This document shows positions 37,951 through 52,100 of a stretch of 64,000 nt of DNA, one piece after another (the stretch's first letter is position 1; every line of letters begins with the position of its first letter). The translations under genes were made by a program, and so were the position numbers. The notes under the pieces were generated by a model. That model saw nothing but the letters and a program-made list of their open reading frames with translations. It was not told where the DNA came from and did no database searches. This DNA is from a virus (Duplodnaviria; Caudoviricetes). The stretch lies in IMG/VR virus record IMGVR_UViG_3300028888_000078, positions 1-64,000 of that record; one strand, 5' to 3'.

Positions 37951-38189
37951 GTTTAGAAGAAGCTAATCATTATGTAAAATTCTTCATTGAATATAGCCCA
38001 AGCGGATGGTTCTTTACGGTCAACACATGTAGACCGTTTGGAACTATCGTTGGATATAATAAATTCCCTACTGCTGATGAAGCAGTAGAAGAACTTAAGC
38101 AGTTTTTACGTTATTTTACTGAGAACGTGCTTAAAGATGGAGATACGATACGTAAATTTGTTGAGAAACACAAACCAAAGAAAGAATGA
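37947..38189 (+). CDS. hypothetical protein
   Basis: ORF track; ATGA overlaps at both ends. Confidence 0.72.
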   Translation: MSLEEANHYVKFFIEYSPSGWFFTVNTCRPFGTIVGYNKFPTADEAVEELKQFLRYFTENVLKDGDTIRKFVEKHKPKKE

Positions 38190-39208
38190 TGGACACATCA
38201 ATCCCCTATTACTCAGATGTCTCGCGCATCAGTAATTCGAACATAGGCTGGTTTCTGCAGAAGGGACCAGCCTTTTTACATAAGATGCTTACTGATCCTC
38301 CACCAGAGGAAAAGAATAGTATCTTAGAACGTGGGACTATGATCCACATGTTCATTCTCCAGCCCGAAGAGTTCCAAAAGACATACGTAGTCTGGGACAA
38401 AAGTAGACCTTCTTCAGCACAGCAGGAGAAGTTCTGTCAGGAGCTGGCTAATACGTTAGAAATAGAGCCAAATAGAGCCATTCTAAGCGCATATCAGGCT
38501 GCCTATAGTATAAAAGGTAAGTCTGAAGAAACAATGCTGTCAGAAGGCATTAAAATAGCCTCTACGTTGAAGGATTACATAGACTTCCTGAAAGCAAATG
38601 ATGGAAGAACTATGATAACTCCTTGGGATGCTAAAATGCTTGAGAAAATTAAGCAAAACATCGAATCTCACAAACTTGCAAATATGATAATTAATCCATG
38701 TTTTGAATACAAAGATAAAACTTTATATTTAAATTATGTAAAAAATTATCATGAATTCCATATAAACTGGGAATTTCAAGTAAAGATGAGTGGTGGGTAT
38801 GTACATTGTAAATCATTACTTGATGGTCTTACTCTTGATTTTAAGAATAAGAAAGCTATCATATATGACTTAAAGACTACACAAAAGCTGTGGCACTTTG
38901 AGGATAGTATAAAGCAGTATGATTATTGCAGACAGTTAATGTATTACACAATGGCTGTACAATGGTATTTAAAGAATGAATGTAATGAATCTTTAAAAGA
39001 TTGGTCTTTTGAATGGTATATTATTGGAATTGATACAACAGGTTCCAATGAAATACGTACATTTAAATTTACAGAAGATCAAATATATTCTCATTCTGAT
39101 ACTATAGAATACGCAATACGAGATATATGGTGGCACCAAACTACTGGTAAGTGGGATCATAGTAGAGAATATTATGAAGGCGATGGTTCCGAGTCTTTGA
39201 ACCTGTAA
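38186..39208 (+). CDS. PD-(D/E)XK exonuclease (RecE/ExoVIII-like)
   Basis: ISNS, GTMIH, CKSLLD, YDLKTT, YCRQLMYY motifs. Confidence 0.85.
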   Translation: MMDTSIPYYSDVSRISNSNIGWFLQKGPAFLHKMLTDPPPEEKNSILERGTMIHMFILQPEEFQKTYVVWDKSRPSSAQQEKFCQELANTLEIEPNRAILSAYQAAYSIKGKSEETMLSEGIKIASTLKDYIDFLKANDGRTMITPWDAKMLEKIKQNIESHKLANMIINPCFEYKDKTLYLNYVKNYHEFHINWEFQVKMSGGYVHCKSLLDGLTLDFKNKKAIIYDLKTTQKLWHFEDSIKQYDYCRQLMYYTMAVQWYLKNECNESLKDWSFEWYIIGIDTTGSNEIRTFKFTEDQIYSHSDTIEYAIRDIWWHQTTGKWDHSREYYEGDGSESLNL

Positions 39209-39228
39209 TCATTAAAAAATATAAAATT

Positions 39229-39372
39229 ATGAATACAAAAGAAAAAATACTTGGAGTAGCTGCTCCAGAAGATGTTGTTGACTTTGATAGTAGTATTGAC
39301 TTTTTGCCGACAGAGGAAGAGGTTGATGAAAACGAATTCGAAGCATTCACTCCAAGTTTTATGCAAGAATAA
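39229..39372 (+). CDS. small acidic protein (47 aa)
   Basis: Manual translation MNTKEKILGVAAPEDVVDFDSSIDFLPTEEEVDENEFEAFTPSFMQE. Confidence 0.6.
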   Translation: MNTKEKILGVAAPEDVVDFDSSIDFLPTEEEVDENEFEAFTPSFMQE

Positions 39373-39706
39373 TTCTAAATGGGTTATTCCTTATTTTGTT
39401 ACGCAAATAGAAAACTGGATAAATTATATACTGTATATTGATCTGGAGGTAACTGATTTTGATACTAATTTAAATGTGTACTTGAAAAAGAATAGTAAAT
39501 ATTTAAAATCTGTATTAGAAACTGAACCTAATTTTAGCAGAATTTTGTTTAAAAACGGAAATCTGTGTGCTGTGTTCAATTCCCCTAAAAAATATAGGGG
39601 AATTGTTCATAGTATTGCGTTAACAGGATTTAACAGTGTAAACAAATATACCTTAGTTCGTATGTACGAACAGCAACAGAAAGCCCTGGCCGCTCGTGAT
39701 GAGTAG
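39326..39706 (+). CDS. hypothetical protein
   Basis: ORF 39272-39706, start taken at MKTNS. Confidence 0.55.
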   Translation: MKTNSKHSLQVLCKNNSKWVIPYFVTQIENWINYILYIDLEVTDFDTNLNVYLKKNSKYLKSVLETEPNFSRILFKNGNLCAVFNSPKKYRGIVHSIALTGFNSVNKYTLVRMYEQQQKALAARDE

Positions 39707-39718
39707 TCAGGGTTTTTA
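39681..39718 (+). terminator. Terminator at the end of the early/replication block
   Basis: AAGCCCTGGC...GTCAGGGTTTTT hairpin where the two transcription units converge. Confidence 0.65.
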
Positions 39719-39847
39719 TTGTTGTATTCTGTGCCATATTTTATATGGCCAATAATTTTAAAAATAAAGACGAATCCACATAGGATTTTCTAAAAAGTAT
39801 TCGATTTCAACAAACTCCTAAAGAGAAGACGAATCTCATAGGATTTA

Positions 39848-42800
39848 TCACAGAATATCGAAAATTGGTCTTCCTTCTCTAATTGCTTTAAGAGCTTCGT
39901 AGAACCAACTTCGCTTATCTTCGTCGCTCATTCGCATTATTTTGTTTTCTTGATATCTTCTTTTTGCTTCAGGATCTTTGTATTGCTCAACAGCATTGTG
40001 GAACGGCGTAAGTTTGAATATGTTTCTCTACCAACGTTTCCAACCTTTGTACGTTTTACTATTTTTTATTACGTCATCATCGCTACTGGAATTTTTCTCC
40101 TGTTGATAAACATCGTAAATATCATATACTATTGAACCAGCTTGCTGTTTTCCGTGTAAACTACTAAAAAATAAGTTGATGCCGGTTCCAGAAACAACAT
40201 CTGCCAAACCGTCTGATATAGAAGTTGCTCCAGAGAAACTCTAAATATTGTTTGACAAATCCAATAGATTGTATTTAGTATTTGCTTCAAACTGGAACGC
40301 TCTTGCGGCATAAGCCAACCACTGTAATATTTGACGTGTAAGTTTATCGTTCTTATCCCAGCCATCCGCTGCTGCAGCAAGGAAGTTTGCCAACGGAGCT
40401 ATAAAACAGTTGATAAGCGCTACTTCAAGAACAGTCTGCTTGACTTGATATTTATTTGCTACACTGTTAGCTCTAGCTTTAGTTGAACCGGATGCATTGA
40501 AAAACTCTTCATCCTTTATTGATTTCATGAAAGATTTTCTTTCAGTGTGTTGAGCGTATTTTTTATATAAACTATATGCCAGTGCTAATGGTCCACTAAC
40601 CAAAGGAACAATACCAAAACCACCAAAAGCAACTCCTACGAAACATCCGCCACCAAAAGCAGCAAGCGCATTAGAGGCGCACAATCTGTTCAAATATTTG
40701 AACATTGTACCAAACTAATGATTCTTATACTCTTGAGCATCGTAATCGTAAACACGAGAACCCCAAGTTTGTTGAATCATCAACGGGATATACTGTCTGT
40801 GTATTAATGCAAATGCACCAACAAAACTACGAGTCATCATGGCTTTTTGAAGTCTTGTTGCCATGCCGTCGGCCTGTTCTGCATTTTTTATTGATTTGTT
40901 TATGACAGTATGCTTTACTTTATCCCACGCAGCTTGATATTTTTCATCTATTTGCAACTTTTCGTCTCCGTCAATGAATATATCATAACATGTTATTTTT
41001 GAAGAGTCAAACTTCTTCAACATTTCTTGATATCTATCACCAAGTTGTTCTTTCGATTCTTCTATCATGTGGCGTGTTGTAAATTCACCATCCACAAGTC
41101 TATACGAAAGCATTGTAGAAACAGCAATAGTTGCTTTTGAAGCTATATCTGCTGCAGACATAAGTCCGTATGTGCTGTTTTTATATATAACCTAGAGCCA
41201 ACGATTTCTATTGGAATGTTCGGTCTTTCTATCTAACTAGTTTGACATATCCATCATTTCGAGGATAAGCATAACTCTGTTTTTGGTAAGACGCTGGCCT
41301 AAAAGTGTACCTCCAGTGAATAAACTTCTGCCAAATTCTTTAAGAACTATATTATTTGCTCTCCACATTTCCTTTTTCCCGTACTTGTAACCAACAAGTC
41401 CGTTTAACAAATGCGTAAAACTTGTAGTAAGAAATCCTACAAACGCTACTTTTGGATTCATACCCAAGTTTCTGGCAGTTGTCCACCGTTTCCAAAGACT
41501 CAATATCCTACTAATATCCCAAGTCTTGTCTCCAAATGTAATAGAAAATGGGGTTCTCTATATATCATACAAATCTCGTTCTATCAATCGTTTCGCATAC
41601 TGATATGTGTTAGATTCGTCATTATTTAATCCACCTATTCTTCGTATTGTTTTTACAACCGAATTATAATCTGGTGTTTTAAATTGCTGCATTTTTAACA
41701 TATCTAGAATAGCTTCACAATCATCTCTGACATCTGCTTTTTGCTTATATAACTGTGCCATTTTATAGTAAGACGCAGTTATATCGATAAGATCTCTCGA
41801 TATATATTGTGGATTTTTCATCCTTCGTGTAAAGTATTGCGGTATTATGTGGAATGCACGTCCATCTGGGTATGTTCCGCCGACTTCCCGATATAGCCCG
41901 TCAGTACTTTCCTGTAAGTTAGAACCTTTTTCCATATCGTTTGGATCATCATACTTGCCGACAAGTTTGTTGGCAGCAAATGTGCTCGTATCAGGATCTA
42001 TTTCACCTATAAGACCGCCAAACGTTTTTATATAGTTCCATATTCCAGACCAGAAAGGTTTCCTTCTTAATCTTCCTAAGAAAGTGCATTCTTTTTGTGG
42101 GAGCAAAAAGTTATCTGCATACTGTCGATTATACAGTTGATTTGACTCTGAAATGGTTTGCTGTACACCTTCGTATAAAGCTCTCAATGTTTCAGAACCA
42201 CCTCTTCCATTCTTTCCAAATATCTTTTCGTATTGTTTGGAGTTGTCGTATATACTTCTTTTAGGAACCCATTGTGTACCATACGATTCATCGAAATTTG
42301 GATTAGAAAGATCGCTATCAGCTTTATCTATCCATGCGTCGTTTGGTTCGTATTCCATATACTGTGGATCTCTTGCTTCTATCACAGTAAGCCAAGAATA
42401 TGGTCTAAATTCTCCAGGATCGTATCCAAATAGATCGTCAGACCCGCCAATATAATAACCATATGTATCTTGCAACATAGAATACATAAAATCCTCAGTA
42501 GAGAACGCGTCTAAGGCGTCTGCATCATCTTGCTCAGATGCTCTACGCTACGCTTCTTTTTTTATCTCTTCTATGATTTTTTTGAATTGACGAGTTTCAG
42601 TATATTTTATATACTTTTCTTGTATTTCTCTATACTTAGCTGTCTATTCGCTTGCTTTTGATCTTCTTATATCAGAACGCTTGTTATCTATTTTAATTAT
42701 TATATTCTTTATTACTTCCGGCAACGTATTTATATCAACTTCACCGCTAGCGAGTCTATAATTATTTAAAATATCCTGTTTTTCTTTACCGAGCTATTCG

Positions 42801-45800
42801 TATTCTTCTCCGTATTGAGGTTTAACACCACCAAACTCCTCTTCTATCTTTTTGAATACTAAAGCCTCCCCATAACTGTTTTTCTTCAGTTTTTTTCTTG
42901 TATTACGCTCATCCCATTCATCAAGCTCTTTTGAATCTAATCCAAATTTATTTATTACAGCCTAACGAGCTTGCTTCCATCCAGTAACATCGTATTTCTT
43001 TTCTTTTTCGTTACCGTTTTCATCATATTTGTACAGCTTCTCATAAAGAGTTTTCAACGCGATTGCATCCTCGTAATCTTGTCCTTTTTTAAGATTTCCA
43101 TATTCGTCACGTTCACTTCTAAGAGCCCTGCGCTGTTCCCATAAGCTATTAAGTTTCTCCCAATCCTATTGCGACAACTTCTCGTAGTGTGGATGACCAT
43201 TTTCGTCATAAAGATTTTCATAGTTATTAAGAATAGAATTGATCTGTATTCTTATTTCGCTCATACTATCTTTGACACGTTGCGGTAGTTTAGAATAAAA
43301 TTCGTAATATTTATCTTTGTACCTACGTTCTGCATTTTGATGCAGCCACTCTTCTTTTTTTCTGTCGAAATATTCTTTTGGAGTTGTCTTCACACCGTCT
43401 ATAATAGCAGTTTTATTTATTTCCGGAGCAACTTTGTTGTTTAATTGGAGATCTGGAATATTGAAAATATCTCGTATATCTTTATTTATTTGCTATATTG
43501 CTTTTTCGTAATTCTTATAGAATCTTCCGAAGTTAAGGTCTCGTACAAGATATCCTGTAAAATTACCATTTTCATCAACCTCGTACAAATGCCACTCTTT
43601 TTCTCCTTTTTTTAGATTACGTTTTAGTTTAAGAAGGTCTGTTGCTTTTCCTACAGAATTAAGAGTTGCTGAAGTTAATGCCTTGTTTATTATATAAGCG
43701 ATAGTCCTTACGGCTTCGTTAGAAGAAGCATCTGCAGCTCCTGCCCAAGAAGATAATGTACCGATATCATCTATAGCATCAGCTGCCATATCAGAATTTA
43801 ATGCGTTTATATAAGAATCCATTTCTGGATTTCCTACTTCATTGGCAGTTGTTTTTAGTTTATGAATAACATTCTCTTTAAGCATGTATTCAACTACGTT
43901 TATTCCTTCTTGCGTAAAATTTATCGCATTGTCAAGATGTCGTTCTACTTCTTTAAGATCTTCTACTGTTATTTTATCCGATTCTTTTGTGGCTTTTGCA
44001 TTAAATACATTTACCATATCGATTCTATTCTCATCGTCGTCAAGCATTTTTTTGATGCTGTTAAAAACAGAATTGTACATACCAAGATTTGCATGCATTT
44101 GGTACATGTAATCTCCATTTGTAAATTGCCCGCTTTCACGACGAATGGATCTTAAATTGTCAACATCTTTTATTATTTGTGGTATAGCAGTATCCAAAAG
44201 ATTCTATATTGCATAATATTTACCGGCCTCATCTACAGCGAACATTTCTAACTGGTTCTATGTTATTTGTAAGAATCTGCTTTTGGTAACAGAATCAAGA
44301 TTTGAAGCACGTAATGCATCTATTCTTGTAGCTAACGCGTCTTTTACTCTGTCCCAACTTGTTATTTGCACAGTTCCAGGTTTGTGCTTCTATCCTATCG
44401 TAACATTATATCTTTCTGTACCAAGCATTACAAAATTTTTCTGCGCAATGTTCATCTGTTCCAATCGCTTCATGCTGTCCAAGAATCGTTCATGATTCTA
44501 AACACCTAAATCTTGTTGATGATATACAGAATTTAAATACGACTTTGATGGAATGTTTCCTTTGATAATAGACTGTCTGTTGTATAAATAGTCTTCTATA
44601 GTTTTCTAATAGATATGAAGCTATTCTGAATTGTTTGGATCAAATATCGCTCTGTTTGCAATAGCTATTGATAACTTGTTAACCAATCTTTTTAAACGCT
44701 CAAATAAGCTAGTATTATTGGTTCTGTCTATTGCATCAGCCATTTCAAATATCGCATGTCTTATATCTGGATCAGAAGCAAAATAAGCAGCAAATTCTTT
44801 TTCGTTATCCAAACAGTGCATTCCGCTAAGAACATCAAATTTTATTGCAGAATCTTTCCCAAATAAATTAGACATCCTGTTAAAAACTTTTCTATTCTAC
44901 TCTACAAAAGCTTTGTCCTCAGCTGTTTTCGGATTATCTATAATATCTACAGTTATTGCGTGGATTATTTCATGCATCATTGTTGTGCCAAAATATCCCC
45001 TAGATATCTATTGCAATTCATTTGGATTAATAAGGATAACACTTCCGCCATTATCCGTAATAGTTTCAGCAAGCTCTCCTATACCCATTATTTGTCCAAT
45101 TCTTACAGGTATATCATGTTTTGATAATACATTCGCTAAGTCAGTATTTGTCTTATGAAATATACCATTGGACAACATCGCCGTCATAAGATCTCTACTG
45201 CTTACAGTTTCTCCATTCAAAAGTTTTGCTGCTAAGTTTTGGCCAAATGAATCTGCAATATTAGTAGAACTTACAAAATTAGCATCGTCTACATTTATAT
45301 TTTCTATTATAGAATGATATATATTGTTTTTGCTCGGGTTAAATTCTCCTAAGTTAGCAATACTTTTTATTTGATTTGGATTTTTTACAACCCATTGTTT
45401 TGTAGGTTCCATTCCACGGCGATCACCTTCTTTATCATATCTTTCGATAAAAACAGAATCGTATTTAGGGTCTCTAATTAGCTCATTTTCGTGTTTTGTG
45501 TATTCATCTAAAGTATTGAATTTTCCATCTTTTACAGAAGTTTCAGCAGGAGTTTTCATGTTAAGATAACACGCCATTGTAACAGAATGCCTATATTTAA
45601 ATGCTTTTGCCTAGCTGTCTGTAAAGAAGAAAGAATGCCTATCGTGTACTTTATGAGCACCTCGTTTTCCATCTTCATCATATTCAAATTCGTTGAAGAT
45701 GTCGTCAGTACCGTGCCATAATACAAGAGGTTCTCCGTTATCATCTACAGCTTTAGAGACCTATTCTTTTTCTTCTGATGTCCAGTCGCCAAACCAATTA

Positions 45801-46108
45801 AAAAACTAATCCGAATACACATTGGATTTCGCTATTAATGTTTTACGCCTATCCCCACCAAAATGATCCAATAACGTTTGAAATAAAACAGATGGTTTGC
45901 CCTGTGGGGTCATATCGAGCATATTGCCACCGTTTCTATCATATATCCTATAAGCGGCCTCCATGGCAGAATAGTTCCGTCCGGAGCGCTATTTTCGCAA
46001 CTCCGGATTCCGGAACTCATCTTCTGTCATAGGTTTGCCACCAAGTGCTTCAATTATTTCATTGAAGCCATTAAAAACTTCTTTGTTTTTATAATACGGG
46101 CAAATCAT
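39848..46108 (-). CDS. Giant virion cargo/polyvalent protein (about 2086 aa, TAG recoded)
   Basis: Eight ORF-track fragments share one frame; starts MICPYYK, ends TGA at 39848; ADP-ribosyltransferase-like segment (WFGDW...WHGT...PNQIKS) and zincin HEIIH motif. Confidence 0.85.
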
Positions 46109-46119
46109 GTGAATAATTT

Positions 46120-49100
46120 TTAATCATAATCTATATCTTCCGCTACAGAGAACATGCTACTACTTGCTTTTGGATTTGTGCCGCACTCTTGATTTTTAGA
46201 GTTGTCTTTATCCTATTCGCTCACTTCATCCATAACAACAGAAGATATTTCTTCTTGTTTAGTATCATTAGAATCTATATCTTGTGCAGATTTTGATTGT
46301 TCTACAAGACTTTCTGCGTATTTTGTACTAGTCTAATCAGCTATTAATTTAGCGATATCGTCAGCAATCTGTTCCACATCCTGTTTAACAAAATTTGATT
46401 CTGGAGCATTGTCTAGTGCATAATGTAGTCGTTTTGCCATTCCTTGCTTACCTACATAATTTACAGCGTCTACATGAACATTGGCACTTTTTACAATACC
46501 TTTTAAATTTGAAGCGGCGAGCTACATTACTTTTGTAGTATATGTATCACCGAATTTATCAAATAAAGTATGCAATATAATACCACTGTCTCCTGTAGAT
46601 TTTAATAAATCAATAAGTACTTTTGAAGCCTTAAATTGCTTAATATCTCTAGCTAATTTGTCATAATGCTTTCTATAATAAGCTTTATCTTTTTCTGACA
46701 GCTCACCAAACGATTGTAAATATTCTTCTATATCGTTTTTGGTTATCTAAACATCCATATTGCCACTAGACGTAATATATACCCACTTATATCCATTTGC
46801 AAGTAAATCTTTTATAAGATCTACGTTTTCTTTTGATATCGGTTTTGTTATATCTATGGTAACAACTTTATTCTCAGATTTTTCTGGGACGTTTGGTGTT
46901 TTAGCATCTTTAGAAGCAACAAGGTTTATAATAACACTTGCTTTATTGTTTACTGTAAACCATGCATTTTTACCTTGACCATACTAAACAATGCTAATAT
47001 TTCCGTGTTTAGGTTCAACAGAATCATCATACTTTTTGTAAACATCTGTATTAAGTATATCATATACTTCCGGAATTTCTTCTGTTTCCCAGTTTACTTT
47101 TAATTCAAATCTACGCTCGTCATCAAATCCGGTTCCTGGTTTAAGTTTGTTGTAGTCGTCCACTGTTTTCTGTACTCCATCACGAACTTTTTCCATAGAC
47201 AGGTTTGTACTTAATTTGTTGTCATTAAACAGAGACGCTGTCTAAAATCCAGCATAGAATTCGTACTGCTAGACATCGCTTGACCTATATCCTGCTTTAG
47301 GAACAGGAGCGTATATAGAAATTTTATCATCTAACGTCTATCCAGCCTTGTCTCCTGTAGCATAAGTTTTTTGAATATCTCCAATCTTTCTATACAAGAC
47401 ACTCTTTCCTTTTATTTTTATTTTAAAATACGGATTACCTTTGAGCTTATAATCGCTTTGCATGAGTACATATCTCGGGAATCCAAATTCTCCTTGACTC
47501 ATGCATTCAGGTCCGTATTTTCTATAATCATTTTTGTTGAAGTTATCTTGTATACTACTTGGATAATGCCTACTTACAATGTTATCGTCATACCAATAGT
47601 TTCTGCAAATAATATCTAGAATACCGGACACGTCAAACGCGTTTGTTTTTGCATTTAGATCCATATTTGTTATATCTCCAAGCATTCCTTCTTGATAAAT
47701 TTTTCTAGCAGTTCCACTAGCAAATGCAAGATGATTTAGAGTACTAGTTAACGCCCAGTCATACTACTCTCTATAAGCAGGAGGAACAAGGTCAAAGAAT
47801 GAATTTCTTACATCTTGATCATAATTCGAATAATATGCATAGAATACAAGATCTCTTGCTAATTCCGCAACTTCTTCATTCTGAGAATCAAGTAGTTGTG
47901 CAAAAGATGCAACACGTCTAGTCTTCTAATCTGTATCAGTATCCCTTGACTATAACTTGACAACTATTCTACCAATCTCAACATTCTTTGTTGGTGATAA
48001 CGGAGTAAGAGCATCTAACAAATCATTATGATATTCTCCATTTTCATCAACAAGATCGGGATATTTATTTATTGCATCCGAAGACTTTAAGGCGCGTTTG
48101 AATTCATCTAACCGTTTATACAACGGCTTAACCGTTTCTGATCCGTATAGCAAATCGTGCATCTTCTTGATAACGGCCGCTTTATCTCCGCCTAAAGTAA
48201 GATCTATAGCATTCTCGTTAAGATAACGCATATCTTTTCCGATATTAAACATTATATTAAACCTGAATATATTATCCAAAGCGTTTCCTATAGCGTCTAT
48301 TTTATCTTGCGAGAATTCTCTATCATACAATAATTTTGTACCGCCGTTGAGTTTACACATTATCGCTTTAAACACAAGATCATATTCGTCTGTAGCGGTA
48401 ACAAGTTGCGTTTTAAGCATTTCTTTTACATTAGACGTAGCAGATTCAAATTTATGACTTAAATAAGAATCGTTGAAATATCTGCGAACAGCTTCTTTTG
48501 ACGCCTTATTTTTATCAACTTTACCTTTTTCATCCTTAAACCGATCGTCAAATCCATCTTCATTTATTGTCCATATAGAACCGTCTTCAATAAAGTGCTA
48601 GATCTTGTTATCAAAGTTTATATGGTCCCTGATAGTATTACCAAACTTTTTAGTATCGATCTAAGAAACGCTCACAAGATCGGATATAGCTTGAGCATGT
48701 ACACTCAGCTCTTCAAATGCTCTAACACAAGCAAGCTAAAATTCTAAATGACTTAACAAGTCTGACTGTTTATTAGAACGCCTGTTCTTTATCTGTTTTA
48801 TAGCATAATCCTTATTAAACACGAGCTTTCTATCGAATTCAAGAGAAGGAATATCTTCGTTTTCTTTTCTAAATTTTCTCTTTTTCTATTCAGAAAGACA
48901 AACGTAGTCGACAAAATCAATAAGATGATCAAGTTTAACTGCTTCTGCAGCTGTAAGCTGTTTATTATCTGAATTTTCGTAATCTTTGCGTAAAGAATGA
49001 AGTCTTTCTTTCAACCTCCCGTATTCAGTTCTTATTGCCGCATTTTTGGATATGTTATTTAATTCTTCAGTAGGACTATCTCCAAGAAGATTTCCTCCGT

Positions 49101-52100
49101 ACATTCCTCCAGAGTTATTTATATCCGCTGCTATATTCTTGAGAGACTGTTGAGATAAGAATGTGAATGTTGAAAGTCCTTTACCCGCTCTTATCAAGAA
49201 GTTCGCATAATTATATGTTGCGTGATTTACATTAAGATCAAAAATATACGGGTCTTTTGCTACGTCGACATGAGCATTAACCATTGCTGATAACCACCCT
49301 GATATACGACGCCCGTCTTTGCCGTCTATTGCATCCAATGGACCAAAATCATATTCTGCAATGACGCCTTCGTACCTCATGGTGAGGTGGCTATATTGCG
49401 TGAGAGCTAGATTTGTCACATTAAGAGCGAATGGAGCAATACCAGCTTTACCTACAGAAAACTCAAGTTTTCTATTCATCTGGAAGAAAGGCATAAGTTC
49501 TGTAAAGCTTGGTATATATTTGTCTTGTGGGTCTCTAAGTACACCTTCTGCATCAATAAGCTCTTCTTTTAACATCTTTGTGAATGTATCAATAGACGCT
49601 CTAGATTCAGAATAGTTTTTATTATCGCACAACAACGTCATATAACTTTCAAGAAGTTTATTGGTAAGTCCGCCCTTTGTAGGATTTTCTTCACTAAATT
49701 GTTCGTACTCTCCGTTTATATACGATTTTGTAGCCAAGAATAATTTATCAACGTCGTAGTCAGATCCTGTTTGAGCAGTAAACTCTGGCGGAACGACAAT
49801 TAAATCTCCACATTGTGAAGGTAATACATCAGCTACAGTAAATCCAAATATAGATGAAAGTCCCTGTGTAGGAATACGATATCCGATACCAAACGGATCA
49901 GGATTTGACTCTGTTCCATCTTTTTTGGTTCCTTTTATTATATCGTGCTCTATAAGCCAATCTCTTTGATCTTCAAATGGTTTATTCTTCAAATCATTTG
50001 GAAGCACGTGTCTAAAGAAATTAATAGACAACATGACTTCCATAGAGTTATTTTCCGTATGCCATTTGAGCATCTATCCGTTATTAAAATTAATTTTAAA
50101 CGCACCGATTTGATCTGTAACATTACGTTTGCCATACCCAGCAAAACCAAATGAAGATTGCTGGATAGCTGTACCACCTGGAGTATTTATATCAATAACT
50201 TCTGAGTTAACTATAGATGTAGCACTGTTTTCAAATACTTCACGTCTAGAAAGACATGCGGCTACTCCATTTCTTGCAATTTGTTCGGCTGTATAACCAA
50301 GATTATTACTTCTTGCTATACTAAGAACAAAATCATGAACAGCGTCCATATCAATTCGATATCCGGTGTTCGGATCGTCTGTAAAGAATCTCTTATGCAA
50401 ATTCTAAATACCAAGATTCGTCAGATGCTTTACTGTCGACATGATTTCGGCCTTCACCTAGTAACCATATTTGCCACCGTTGCCGTTTTCATCAGCTCCG
50501 TATATCGCGTCGTCAATAATACTTGAAAACGCAAGTTTAAACATCTGGGTACCTATATTTCTGGTTTCAGAATCATGCGCTTCTGTATTTAACTGATATC
50601 GTAAATTCTGTAAATATTGTATTTCGACAGGAACAGAACCGGTAGAATTTGTCTTTGTTTTTCCATAATTTGTATTATCTGGATTATCATCGTAATCGAT
50701 ATACTGACTACTTTCTTTATTAAACAAATCCTCTATAGAACACAACTGATCTTCACCCGTAGCACCATCTTCTTTCATCTTAGCACCGCGTTGAGCCGCG
50801 CCTACTTTTACAGCAGATTTGAATGATATCATGTCAAGCTCATTGCCCTTTTTGTTCATTCTTTTATAAAGCTCAGCTCCAACTCCGTTTCCTGCCATAA
50901 ATCTAAACCACGGGAATATGGCCATCTTGTTTAATACGGGTTTATTGTACTCAAATGATGGATGATAGTCTATATTTCCTTTTTCGTCGATTGTAAATTT
51001 TCGTCCGCCATCGTCCGTAGGATCATTTTGGAAGTACGTCATTTTTAGAGGATATAATTGGAGTTGACGAACCGCTTTATACAATTCTGGATCACTAAGC
51101 CAAGAACCGTTTTTACTGTCAGACTTATGACCTTCCAATATCATATACGCCTGTTCATCATTATTAGACCATTGGCCTAATCCGATGCGTATACGTCGAT
51201 ACATCTCAGGCCTAATGAATACCTGCGCGTCAGATACATTTATTTTTGTATACGGCTCGACTTGAGTTTCAAGTTCTCTTTCAATCGCAGCGTGTCTGTT
51301 CTTAAACAAATCGTATACAGTCTTAAAATGTTCTTCGTCGTCATATATCTTCTGCAAGCCTTGCTCAAATGACATTCCGTGTTCATTACACCATCTTTGG
51401 AACTTATCCTTATCAAGATTTCTTATATTATCTACCAAAAGCTGCTTTTTAAACGATGTTTTTATAATATCCACAAACGTAGATCTCATTTTTATATCTT
51501 CCACGTTCATGTTTGTATATCTATCTATAGACAATATACGTCTTCCCTTTTTCTCAAGTTCCTCTTTACTGTAATATAGTCTTATTTCGTCTCCAGGAGA
51601 CAATGTACTTCCTAAACGCTTGATTTTGTCTGAAAAAGCATCATATACATTATCAACATTGACTTCAACGTTTGCAACACTTCCATCCTACAAAGAAATA
51701 GTTTCATTTATCTTTGTGGTAGGATTGTCTTTTGCTTTTTTTCTAGAATAAAAGGCAGGATCTCCAGAAAACACCTTTTCGAACTCTATGATAGATATCG
51801 CAGAATTTACTGCATAATTGGCAATAAGAGAAAACAAAGCATCGCTAAGTATAGTGCTGTTTTCAAGATCACTATAAGCGTCTTTTGTTTGCTTATTATT
51901 TATCTTTCCATGTATTGCATTTGCGTACTTATTAAGCAGACCAACAGGAATACCGGTTGGTTTGTAAGTACTGCCGTCTTTGTTTACCAAATGAACAGGT
52001 TTCTAAGGATCGGATAATTGGTCTAATTCTTCTATAGTACGCTTAATAAACAAATCATTTATTGCTGATTTTATTTGTTTCGATGCAAATCCACCAGCAA

